From Phaeosaccion multiseriatum (taxonomy: Eukaryota > Protista > Ochrophyta, other classes): a stretch of DNA of 64,000 nt. The position numbers and the translations under genes are program-made. The stretch spans positions 2,108,001 to 2,172,000 of the forward strand of contig OZ218962.1 of the NCBI GenBank assembly GCA_965112735.1. The letters run 5' to 3'. The notes beneath the pieces were generated by a model that saw only the letters and a list, made by a program, of their open reading frames with translations, made no database searches and was not told the origin of the DNA. Positions 52,271-64,000 of the stretch are shown one piece after another (the first letter of the stretch is position 1; each line of letters opens with the position of its first letter).

Positions 52271-53725
52271 GGCCCCCTCCTCTCGCCTCTGGGCGGAAGT
52301 GAGGCCTCCTCCCTGTCCTAGTTAGTCGGTCGATCAGTCGGTCGGTCCGACGGTCAGCCAGTCGGTCGGTCAGTCGGTCAGTCGGTCAGTCAGTCGGTCA
52401 GTCGGTCAGTCGGTCAGTCGGTCAATCAGTCGGTCAGTCCGAGGATCAGTCGGGCAGTCAGTCAGTCAGTCAGTCAGTCAGTCGGTCAGTCAGTCAGGGA
52501 GGTCTGTTGGGGCCGATTGGGGCTGCTGGAGGACCCAGCAGCAACCAGCAGGACTCTATTGCTGACTTACGGGATGGCCCAAATAGAGTGGGCCAAGTAG
52601 AACAGCAGTTGTTGATACTGCAGCAGTAGCAGCAGCAGCTGGGGGAGAACATATATTGACTTAAGAGGAATCACCTGAGAAACTGAAAGTGTGTGTGTGG
52701 GTGTGTGTGTGTGGGTGTGTGTGTGTGTGTGTGAGACGAGAGTGTCATGGTGGAGAGGAGGGGGGACGCGTGCACGATTGGAGAACCAAGAGTAGACCCC
52801 GAACAGCGGAGGCCGCTAGGGGGGTGTCTCTCTGGATCAAATCACAACTGGCACTGACTTACAACAACTGTGTCATATTTGTGTACGTGCATGTGAGGAT
52901 ATGTGCTGCCATCGTCAGTCTGTGCTCCTCTTTTGTTGGCTTCAGCCATCATCAGTCGGAAAAATGGGAGAAGGGAGAAAAAAAAAATCGATTTGTCGCT
53001 TTATTGTGCGACAGTCGGCAGCAGAGAGCGGCCCGGTTCGGAGGCTGAAGGAAAGCCATGCTGGTCCTCGGTCCTCAGGGACTGGGAATCACTCCTCCTC
53101 CTCCTCCTCCTCCTCCTCCTCCTCCTCCTCCTCCTCCTCCTCCGCCTTCTCGGTCTTCTCTTTCCCTTCACGCAGCTCCTCTACACAGCCCGGTGATGAC
53201 AAACTTGGGGAGCTTCACCACAGCCCCAAAACAGAGACCACACGATGAATATGAACAAGTCCACAAGAGCTCCACACGCTTCAGTTCAGTCCCCTGTGCT
53301 TCACTTGCCCTTGCTCTTGCCCTTTCGTCTCTTCCCCTCCCCACGCTTGGCGGTAGCTGCAGCCAGCGCTTGGCAGGGTCAAGCATATGGGCACAAGAGC
53401 GTCCCAACGCGGAGACGGAAGTATAACTCACGCAAGTAGCTCTGTCTTAACCAGTGTTTTGGTTGTCTCCCTCCTCCGCTCCACGCACACCCCTCCATCA
53501 GAGCGAAACTCAAATAAGCGAACAGCTTGAGCTTGTGTCTCCCTCCGACTCTCCGAACGATCCTCCACACATCCAAACCAAGACACACAAGACACAACAG
53601 CACACACACACACACGCACACACACCGCCACATCAATCGGTCACACAAGCTCCTCCTACCTCTCACACAAACGAAGAGCCGCCCCATCCACTGCCATCCC
53701 CATCCACCAACGTCCCCAATCCCGC

Positions 53726-56700
53726 TCACTTGAGGCACACCACATACACTCTCGACAGCTCCTTGAGCTCGGAGGCCCTAAGGAAGGTCCCCGTCATGCC
53801 GGCTGTTGGTATCGTGTCGCTGGTGTTGACGGGCTTGGCGTGTTTGTCCGCTGCTGCTGCTGCTGCTGCTTTCCCGGAGTCCCCTCCCGCGGCCGCGGCG
53901 TCTGCTGCCATCTTTGAGAAGCTTCCCTTGGCCAACCTTGCGAGGACTCGGCTCACACGCTCCCCTGTGGAGGAGGGGAGGTACTTCCACAGCGTGTCGC
54001 GCAAAAACTCAACCTCCGCGATCTTCTCCGCCTGATTGGATTCATGTATGTGCGTTGGGCGGGGCGGTTAGGAGGGAGGGGGGGGGTGGGGGGGTGGTGA
54101 AGAAGGGACACATATATCACATACAAACGATGTATATGCCCATAGGCCTGCACGACTGATGGTATGCCCATATGCCTGCACGACTGATGGTATGCCCATA
54201 GGCCTGCGCATGACGGACCTGTTCTCGGAGGTCCTTGCCGTCAATGGGCTTGTTGCCAAGATTGCCTTGCCCCTTTTGCATTCGGCCAATCCAGCGCACC
54301 ATCGCAAAAGGGGGAGGGGACAGAGAGAGGGAAGGAATGACAACGGAAGGCAAGGGGGGTGGGGGGTACAGCGGTGAGGACACAACACATACAACTCTCT
54401 CCTTGCCATCTCCGTTGACTCCCTTCTCCCCATCTCTCTCCCTCCAAGTCTCTCGCTCTCCCTCTCCATCTCCCCCTCTGTCTCTCTCCCCCCACTGTCT
54501 CTTCATCTTCCCTTCTCTGACTCAATCTCTCTCTCTCTCTCTCACCATCTCCCTCACCCTGCCCCCCTCCTCGCTAAGCCCCACCTCCTGCCACACCAGC
54601 AACAACACCGCCGGAAAGACAGCAAACACTCTTGCGCACGCACGCACTCACTCACGCACTCACTCACGCACGCACTCACCGCCACCCTCGCGTTGGCACA
54701 ATCGCACACGATCTCCATAGCTTGTCTGAAGCTCTCCCTTAGGACGTAAGTCGAGTACAGAATAGGCCTCGAGCTCGAGGAGGAGCTCTTCTCTCTGCAG
54801 AGGGAGAGGGGAAGTGTGAGGGTGAGAGGGTGATGGTGAGGGTCAGGGTGATGGTGAGGGGGAGAGGGTAGAGTAAGAGTGAGGGTGATGGTGAGGGTGA
54901 TGGTGAGGGGTGAGGATAAGGGTGAGGGGTGAGGGTGAGGTGAGGGTACGGGTGAGGGTGAGAGGTGAGGGGCCAGAGTCAACGTGAGGGTGAGAGTCAG
55001 GGCCAGCGTCAGCGTGAGGGTGAGAGTAGGGGTTGTGAAACACTCCACACACATTAAAAATATACTAATGGTACGTAGAAAGGCATACGTATGACACACG
55101 TAACGTACTTGGTCTCCGTCAGTTCCTCTTTGCCCCCCGCTGATCCCTTCTTCCTCTGCATGCTGTCCCTCTTGCTGTGCTTCCCTCCTCCCCCCTCCCT
55201 GTCCTTGCGAGACGCCTTTTGATAAAGGAGATTGCCAAGAGACTCCTGCGCTTCAAGTCGAGTCTGTAAGGCCGGGGCCGGGGGGGAGGAGGAGGGAGGG
55301 AGGGAGGGAGGCAGGGACAAGAGAATGAGCGAGGATACGCGCATCCACATTCGTCCACTTCCACACACACACCCACTCACACACCCACAAACCCACCCAC
55401 CCACTCACACACCCACACCCACCCACTTACTCACTCACACACCCACACCCGGACCCACCCACTCACACCTACCCACCCACCCACCCACTCACTCACTCAC
55501 ACACCCACACCCACCCACCCACTCACACACACACATTTACCACACACACACCCGCCCACCACATACATACACGTACACACACATGACCTCCTTCCGTGAG
55601 GATTACGTAAGATTACATACCTGCACGAGGCTCATGAGCACTTTCGCGAGGTAAGTGGGAACCTTGGCTTGCGCATTGTTGCTTACAAACTGCCCACTCG
55701 CCGCCGGATCCACCGCCCCTGACCCTGACCCTCCCCCCGCCCCTCCTCTGCTGCCGCTGCCGCCGCTGCCTTCGGAGTGCGACACAGCGGAGGAAGGGGC
55801 CGAGGTGCGGTGCGAACCGAGGTTGAGGGCTTGGCGAATGTTCCTGGTGGACGGGGATGATGGTGATGATGAGAGGGAGGGAGGGAGGGAGGGAGGGAGA
55901 GAGAGATGAGACAACAATGGATGTGCGTGTCAAATCGACCCCTTCCTTCCCCTCCGTCCTGACGGGGGGATGGGATGGCAGTGGATGGGTGGGAGCTCAC
56001 TCACCTCCGCTGCTGTCCGATAGGCACCCGATAAGAGTCGTCGTCCACGCCTGACACGTTAATGCCTCCGACGCCGCCCTGCAGAGGGCAGATGGCAGCA
56101 GAGTGTGGAGGGGAAAGGATTCAGGCAACGGTAGGGGTGAGAAGGGAAATGTCAGAGATAGAGGCATATGGGCAAAGACAAAGGCAGAGAGACATGACCT
56201 AAGCGTCTAAGGGGGTTGGCAGTGGAGAGGGGCTTGGAAAAGGGGCCTCCATCACACCATCGTGCTTCAACTCTTGAAATGGTAGGGAAAGGCCGAAGTT
56301 CTTACATAAGCACCGCACACACAGAGGGAGGGAGAGACGCACACACACAGAGGGAGGGAGAGACGCACACACACACGCACACACACACCCACACCCACAC
56401 ACAAACACACACACGTTGGTGATACACACCTGACTCATGACGTTGGAGAGGCTGCGTCTTGTCCGGAGCATGCTCTTCGCCAGCTGAGACTGCATGTCGG
56501 CCTGGAAACCCACCCCAGGGAGAGCAAAGTGAGGGGGAGGAGGAGGAGGAGGAGGAGGATGGCAGTGGATGCGGAGGGATAAGCCACACAACGAGAACGA
56601 AGCAGCGGTAGCAGTTGCAACAGTAGGCCCTCTTCGCCCCCCCCCCCCCGCCGCCCCTCCCTACCCCTCTTGCCTGCTTCTGGGTGGTGCTGCCCTTGGA

Positions 56701-59700
56701 TGTCTTGGACAGAGTCTTTTTGTGGCGCTGCCGTTGGTTATCCAAACCCCACCAGCCACTGCGAATGTACAGTTTCAGTTCGTTGTATTTGAACACAAGG
56801 TACTTTGTCATCACCTTGGGGGGAGCAGCAGCAGCAGCAGTTGGTGATACAGCAGCAGCAGGAGGAGAAGGAGAAGGAGAAGGAGAAGGAGGAGGAGGAG
56901 GAGGAGGAGGAGGAGGAGTGTGAGAGAGGGAGAGACGCACAGACAGAGAGAGAAAAAAGAGAGACAGAGACACAGAGGGAGAGAGAGACACACACAACAC
57001 ACAGAGGGAGAGAGAGGCGCACCTCATTCTGCATAGCACGTGTCGTGTTTCGGTCGTCAATGAGTCCGTCGGTTACATCTTCCCCAAAGAGGGACTTGGC
57101 GGTCTGCCACAGCTCGGGCAGAATCACCTCGTCCACCTACCCCGTGGGTACAGAGGGGAGTGGAGATGGTAGTGGATGGGGGGGAGGGGGAGGATAAGTG
57201 AGTACGCCTGAGCCAGCGCCACACCACACGCCCATCACGTCAGTTTTCATCCACGCACGCACACACGCACGTACACGCACACGTACACACACGCACGCAC
57301 ACGTACACGTACACGCACACACACACGCCATTCCTTCCTTCCTTCCTTCCAACCACGCACGCACGCACGCACGCACGCACAACGCACACATGCACCTGCA
57401 GGCAGTTTCCGAGTTGGCAGAGCAATTGCCTGGTTCTGCTGAGCCCCTCTACACCCAAGAGCCCTGCCCCCTTGCCGCTTATGCTCCCCCTGCCCATCTC
57501 TTTGGCCCTCCCCCCTCCCCCCCCTGCGGTGGCCATGAGGAATGCATCGCTGCGGCGGCGGTGAGAAGGAGGCACTCCCGACATGCCCGTTGAGGTCAGG
57601 GATAGGCTCTGTGTGCGTGGTTGAGTGAGGCAGTGGGGCAGTGAGGGAGTGCGTAGTGAGAGTGAGTGAGTGGGTGAGTGAGTGGGTGAGCGAGTGAGTG
57701 AGTGAGTGAGTGATTGAGTGATTGAGAGAGTGAGTGAGTGAGTGGGTGAGTGAGAGAGTGATTGAGTGAGTGGGTGAGAGAGTGAGAGAGTGAGTGAGTG
57801 AGTGAGTGAGAGAGTGAGTGGGAGAGTGAGTGAGTGAGTTAGTGGGTGAGTGAGAGAGTGAGTGAGTGAGTGGGTGAGTGAGAGAGTGAGTGAGTGAGTG
57901 AGTGAGTGAACGAGTGGGCAAGTGAGTGAGTGAGTGAGTGAGTGAGTGAGTGAGTGAGTGAGAGAGTGAGTGAGTGAGAGAGTGAGTGAGTGAGTGAGTG
58001 AGTGGGTGAGTGAGAGAGTGAGAGAGAGAGTGAGTGAGTGAGTGAGTGAGTGAACGAGTGGGCAAGTGAGTGAGTGAGTGAGTGAGTGAGTGAGTGAGTG
58101 AGTGAGTGGGTGAGTGTGTGATTGATTGAGCGAGTGAATGAGTCAGTCACTGATGTTGCCCCAAATCCTGACCCTCCCCTCCCCTTCCCTCCCCTCCCCT
58201 GCCCCTACCTGAGGTCCTGAGCTGCCCTCCTTGACAGCAAGGCCCTCTATCGTACTGAGGAAGACCACCACAGCCTCACTCAGGCCGCGAGACACATCTT
58301 CTCCGCTCCATTCAGGGCGAGGGAGCAGGCGGCATAGAGCACTCATACGGTCGATGGTGCGCTGAGAGAGTGGGGGGCGATGGCAGTGGATGGAGGTAAG
58401 AGAGAGGGCGGGGGGGATGGCAGTGGATGGAGAGGAGGGAGTTTGGGTGAGTGCAAGGACAAGGGCAGGGTAGAGGTGTATGGGCAAGGGCAGCGGGACA
58501 GGGGAGAGGTGTATGAGTAGGGCAGGGCAGGCAACCCCAACGAGTGGTGTAACGATGCCCCCACGATAAGTTAAATTAAGTTAAGGTAAGTTAAGATAAG
58601 AAAAAAGGCAAGACCACGTACCTGTGCGAACAGCCTGGGTAGCCTCGTTCCTCCCACCGGGTCAGGGGCTTGGGCCTCCTGCCACGACTCGTGCTTGCCC
58701 TTGGGGGGGAGGGGGAGGGAGGGAGGGAGGGAGGGAGGGAGGGAGGGAGGGAGGGAGGGAGTGAGTGAGTGAGGGAGGGAGGGAGGGCTTAGCGTCTCCT
58801 CCTCATACCCCTTGGTCCCTCATTGTGCCCTTGCGGGTGCCCCCCCCCCCCCCTCTTCTCATACCCCACTCTAACCAACAAAGACACAGCACAGCACGCA
58901 CCAAGTCGGCAAGCTCCTGTGCCAATCCGCTCATCTCCGATGCCACAAAGCTGCTCTGCACCTCCTTCACAAGCTCCTCCATCCTTCCTCGCGCCTCCCC
59001 CAGGAAGGTGACCGCCTCTTGGGACCCTTCCTCCGCCTCGGATACGCGGTAGAACATGTAGGCCAGAGAGGAGAAGCATCGCCTAGTAAGAGGTGGTGGG
59101 GTAGTAAGAGGTGGTGGGGTAGTAAGAGGTGGTGGGGTAGTAAGAGGTGGTGGGGTAGTAAGAGGTGGTGGGGTGGGGGAAGGGGATGGGAGGGGTGTGG
59201 TGTGGTGGGACGAGTGAGTGGATGGGAGAGAAAAGAAACGGGTACCGCAGGTCACCACAGCCCCCCTTCCGTCCATCCCCTTCCCCTCCTCCTGTATCAC
59301 CAACTCTCTCTCTCTCTCTCACTCACTTCATATACACCGGCGGCAGCGCCTCCCACACCGAGGGATCGTCCTGTAGCTCAGTCACCTCCGAAGCGGTTAC
59401 AGAAAACGCCTTCCGTAACGCCAACCTCCGCCGCTTGCCCCTCCTGCGCCCCTCCTGCTGCTGCTCAGACCCGCCACCGCCAGCACTACTGCTGCCATTC
59501 GCAGTGGTGGTGCCAGCGGACCCGTTGGGAGGAGGAGAAGCAGAGTCTCCTCCGAATGTGTCCCTCTCCTCATCATCGTCCTTCATAAATTCGTCATCCA
59601 AGTCGTCGACATCATCATCGTCGTCGACGTCGTCCTCGTCCTCGTCGTCAACTTCATCCCCCTCACTAACCTCGCTATCCTCCCCCTCCTTCCCTCCTCC

Positions 59701-60791
59701 CGCCCCCCCCTTGCTCTTGCCCTTGTCCTTGCTCCTGCTCTTGCCCTTCCCCTCTCCTCCTTGCTCTGCATTGAGGCCGAACAAGGCTGCTTTCAGGGCG
59801 ACTTGTACGTCCGACATGAGGTCTCCAAAGAGTTGAAGGGCCTCCAATTCCGCCAATGAGTGCCCCTGTTTGGAGTGTTGTTCGGGTAGGAGAGAAGGAC
59901 AAGGAAGGAGGGAAGACAGAGCGAGACATAGATATACAGAGAGAGAAAGGGAGGCAGAGAGGGTGAAGGACGGGGGCGGGAGAGAGGCGAGAGAGAGAGA
60001 AACGAAAGGTCGGGGGGAGGCATACGTATGCATACATGATGCATACGTGAAGTGAAGAGACATGCAAAACTGAAACTGTATCACAAAGATGAATACGCAC
60101 CTCACCCTCCCGCCCTGTGGTTTGCGGCATGCGTGCTCCTGCAGAGTGGTGATACATACGTAGAGGGAGAGAGAGAGAGAGAGGAGAGAGGAGAGAGGTG
60201 GGAGAGAGAGTAAGAGGGAAAGAGAGACGGACGGAGAGCGGGAGGGAGGAAGAGGAGCAGAGAGACAGAGAGAGGAAGGGAGAGACAGAGAAAGGGAGAG
60301 AGAGGGCGAGGAAGGGGGAGGGAGAGGGAGAGAGGAAGGGAGAGAGAGGAACAGAGAGACGGAGGGAGAGACAGGGAGAGACAGAGAGGGGAGGGGGAGG
60401 GAGGAAGAGAGAGAGAGAGAGAGGGAGAGAGAGAGAGAGGGAGAGAGAGAGAGGGACAGAGAGAAGGGAAGGGAGAGACAGGGAGGGAGAGCGAGAGAGG
60501 AAGGGCGAGACAGAGAGGGAGTACGGGAGAGGGAGAGGTTAAGAGAAAGAGGGAGAACGGAATGAGAAGCTCCTTCCTCCAAAGGAGTGTGTGTGAGTAA
60601 CGCATGCGCAAGTGGCTTGGCTTCAGGGTAAGTAAGAGCAAGTAAGAATAAGTAAGAATACGTACGTACCTGACTTGAGCATATACATGGGCAGCGAATT
60701 GCGCTTGTGGTGCCCCTCCCCCCCCTCTCCGTTGGCGTTGTCCGCCAGGATGGCAGCAGATGGCTGGCCTGAGCTGCGGGACTCCGTCTGA

Positions 60792-60825
<34 letters not shown>

Positions 60826-62646
60826 AGGAGGAGGAGGAGGAGGAGGAGGAGGAGGAGGAGGAGGAGGAGAACAAGGAGGAGGAGGAAGGGTCCAGGAATC
60901 AACACACCAACGCCCCGAGAGCCCTCGAAGGAGGCTCTGACCCGTGAAGAATGACTGCTTCGACTGTCTAAGCCCCCGAAACGCCTGTCTAAGCCCCCGA
61001 AACGAGTCCCCGAGGGGGGATACCCACGGGGGTCTGAGTGGGGCCCCTGCCCATATGCCTGCCCCTGCCCTCTTCAATGCCCCTGTCCTAACCAATGCCC
61101 CTGCCCCTGTATCACCAACTGCTGTCCCTGCCTCTCACCTTCTCCATGCGGCAAATGTATGTGACGAGGGCGCTGAGGTGGGGTACCCATTGCCCGAGGC
61201 ACCAGCACAAGTTGGCGGCGTGCTTCAGTCTCGCCATGCTGGGGGGGGGGGGGGGAGGGGAGAAGGTAAGTGATGATGTAGAAGGACTGAATTAAACGTG
61301 ATTAAAAGGTGATGTTAGGGGGAGGAGTTTAGGTGTGGGTTTGAAGGACAGAGAGAGAGAGGTGTAAACTCAAAACTCAAACTCAAACGCAAGCTCTCCG
61401 CAGAGCCTCAACCTCAAACTCAAACCCTCCTCCCCAATAAAAACAAACCAAAACAACAAAACCCACTCACTTGAGCCTGTGCGTCAGCAGCTCCGTCCCC
61501 GGGGGACACGCCATATCGAGAACATCCTCCTGCCCCTCCGTGCTGGGATGGAAATCGATGTCGACTTTCTCGGATCGGTACACACTGGGGTCCATCATCC
61601 CCCCACCACCGCCACCACCGCCCATCACCAGGGCTCCGCTTCCACCGCTGGACATGAAGCTCATTAAGCCCCCTCCCCCCCCTCCATACCCTCCTCCTCC
61701 TCCTCCTCCTCCTCCTCCTCCTGCTCCTGCCGCGCCACTGCCTGTAATCTTGATGCCGAGGTCTGTGAGTGACGGTTACGTTAAGGACGAGGGGAGGGAG
61801 GAGTGTGTGTGTGTGTGTGTGTGTTATGAAAGACAAAGAAAAGACCTGCGACTACATTCAGGCCTATAGGACTGCCTCAAACTGACCTGACTAGCCTTCC
61901 TTGCTGCTCATCCCCTCGTGCCCACCCACTGCCATCCGCCCCCCCTCCCCCCTTTATGCCCATCCACATCCACTGCCATGCCCCCCTTTGAGCCCATCCA
62001 CCGCCACCCCCCCCCAATGTACTCAATAGTGCCCATCCACTGCCATCCTCCACTGCCATCCCAAGGGGGTCACCCACTGTTCATCCACTGCCATCGCCCC
62101 TCTCCTCACCTTCGTCATCAAGGAAACGCTCCTCGAAGAAGCCTTGAATGTCAGCCTCGAGATCGAACGTCACTTGCGGTCCTGTCCAGGGGGGGGGGGG
62201 GGGGGGGGTAAGCCAACGAATTAGTCAAGGACAGTCAAAAGTGTTAAGCTGTTAAGCTCATATCCTTCTCTCTCCCTCTCCCCCTCCCTCCTTCTCTCCC
62301 TCCTTCCCTCCCACCCTGCCCCCCTCCCTCCCTCTCTCTCTCTCTCTCCCTCCCTCCCTCCCTCCCTCTCTCCCTCCCCCTCCTCCCTCTCTCTCCCTCC
62401 CTCCCTCTGTACCACCAACTCACTCACCCTTGGCTTCTTCGTCCTCCCCGTCCCCTCCATCCCCTGCCATCCCCATCCCCAGTCCCCCCTGGTTCCAGTC
62501 TCTGCCGAGCATACCGCGTAGGTCGGGCTTCCTTGGAGAGAGGTTCCCTCCTCCCCCTCCCCCTCCCCCTCCCCGGCTGCCGCGAGTCCTGTACACATCA
62601 CATTGCGAGATGCAAGGTGATGGTGAGGGTGAGGGTGAGGGTGGGG

Positions 62647-62679
<33 letters not shown>

Positions 62680-62724
62680 CGGGTGAGGGTGAGCGTGAGG
62701 ATGAGGGTGAGGGTGAGGGTGGGG

Positions 62725-62755
<31 letters not shown>

Positions 62756-62762
62756 CGAGGGC

Positions 62763-62793
<31 letters not shown>

Positions 62794-63964
62794 GGGGTGA
62801 GGGTGAGGGTGAGGGTGAGGGCGACGGGGAGTGTGAGGGTGAAGGTCAGTCGACGAGGGTCAGGGTTGGGGTCAGAGTCAAGGTCAAGGTCTGGATGAAG
62901 ATCAGTCAGTCCGAGTCAGGGTTCAGGTCAGGGTGAGGGTGATGGTCAGGGTCAGTGCACCGGGATTTAGTGGAGAAAAGGAGGGAGGCTGTTGGTCCTC
63001 TATCCCTCGCACCCCATCTCCACCACCACCATCACCACCGCCATCACCACCGCCATCACCACCACCACCACCGTCTCAGCCCAGCCCCTGCTCCTTACTT
63101 GAGACGGCTGTTGCGTGAAGATGCTGCTTGCTCCTTCTCTCGCTGCTGGCGCCTGCAGGTAAGCACACGCGAAAGAAAGAGGGGGGGGGGGAGGAGTGTG
63201 GCGAATCAGAGGAGAGAGGAGAGAAAGGACACGGGCATATCATTTTATCACATCAGTTGGGGCTTGTTGCATGCCCCCCCCCCCTTTCCCTCCCCCGTCA
63301 CTCACTCCCTCACGACCCTCCCTCCCTCCCTCCCTCCCTCTCCCTCTCTCCCTCTCCCTCTGTACCCCCTCTCTCTCTCCCTCTCCCTCCCTCCCTCCGT
63401 CCCTCCCCCCTCCTCCCTCCCTCCCCCCTCACCTGAGTGTGTTACTAAGCTCCACCGCCCCCCCCAATCCCTGCTTGAACTGTGCTGTGCACTCATCCAG
63501 CGAGTCGAAGAGGTGTCCTCTCTGAGCGTCAAGGCAGAGGCGCAGGGGCTCGTCTTTGCCGGAGTAGTTGAGCTCTTGCAGGTACTGAGGCACAGGCATA
63601 CATACATACATACATACATACATACGTAAGGGCAGTGTGGGCAGGCATACGGGCAGGCATGTGAGCAGCAGGCACAATGAGCAGGCAGACAGGCAGGCAT
63701 ATGGACAGGCAGGCATATGGACAGGCATATGGGCAGGCAGACGCGAGGGCATAAGCAGGGGGATAGAGCGGGGGTCAGATCGAGCCACGCACCACGACCC
63801 ACACACTTACACATTCACAAACATTCACACACACGCACTCACATGAATGGCGGCGATTTGATCGTCCAGCGACACTTCCGGGCTCTGAAGCTGAGCAACA
63901 AGACGCACACACGCCTGTGAGGCGACACCACGGGCCTCGTCTCGGACCTTGGGGGGTTGGTGAT

Positions 63965-64000
<36 letters not shown>
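53726..64000 (-). CDS. SEC5: Exocyst complex component Sec5/EXOC2-like, 3' portion (5' end beyond the window), many exons
   Basis: Helical exons LQELNYSGKDEPLRLCLDAQ, KYLVFKYNELKLYIRSGWW, VPTYLAKVLMSLVQ and EVEFLRDTLWKYL occur in the order expected for EXOC2. Stop after VVCLK. Confidence 0.65.
57650..58145. repeat. ~500-bp (GTGA)n microsatellite in an intron
   Basis: Read directly. Confidence 0.95.
62618..62950. repeat. (TGAGGG)n hexamer array in an intron, with a similar array at ~54815-55030
   Basis: Read directly. Confidence 0.9.

Noticed and set aside
60900-61050. Structured intronic segment with CGAAAC words as a hammerhead ribozyme
   Set aside because: No CUGANGA core was found. It is only a 21-bp duplication and small hairpins.
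62618-62950. (TGAGGG)n as interstitial telomere
   Set aside because: It is not TTAGGG or TTTAGGG. It sits in intron 3' regions as (CTCACC)n, like other intronic repeats.

Overview
Eukaryotic nuclear DNA, most likely from a photosynthetic stramenopile (ochrophyte). The basis is several proteins with bipartite 'xAF' plastid presequences, an LHC gene and an LCIB-type theta-carbonic anhydrase. Genes are intron-rich and the introns are full of microsatellites, so most ORFs in the track are repeat artefacts. Recognisable genes: an intronless FAD monooxygenase (KMO-like), an ABCG half-transporter, a plastid glutaredoxin, an LHC protein, an unknown acidic coiled-coil protein, three paralogous leishmanolysin-like GPI-type zinc metalloproteases, a two-domain retropepsin-like aspartic protease plus its pseudogene, a probable plastid or lumen protein, an EI24-like membrane protein, LCIB and the 3' part of exocyst Sec5/EXOC2. 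Mobile DNA: a nest of RLE-type (CRE-like) non-LTR fragments, a non-autonomous LTR element whose empty site is visible in a paralog, a hairpin MITE family and a PIF1/Helitron relic. The most unusual observations are (i) non-microsatellite 12-15 bp words that recur in introns in one orientation near donors and the reverse complement near acceptors, (ii) loop-focused hypervariation in the metalloprotease paralogs, (iii) a retroelement apparently disrupted by an 18-bp copy of its own 3' tail, and (iv) an LTR element with a palindrome instead of a tRNA primer-binding site. Everything was read by eye, so exon coordinates may be off by a few bases.
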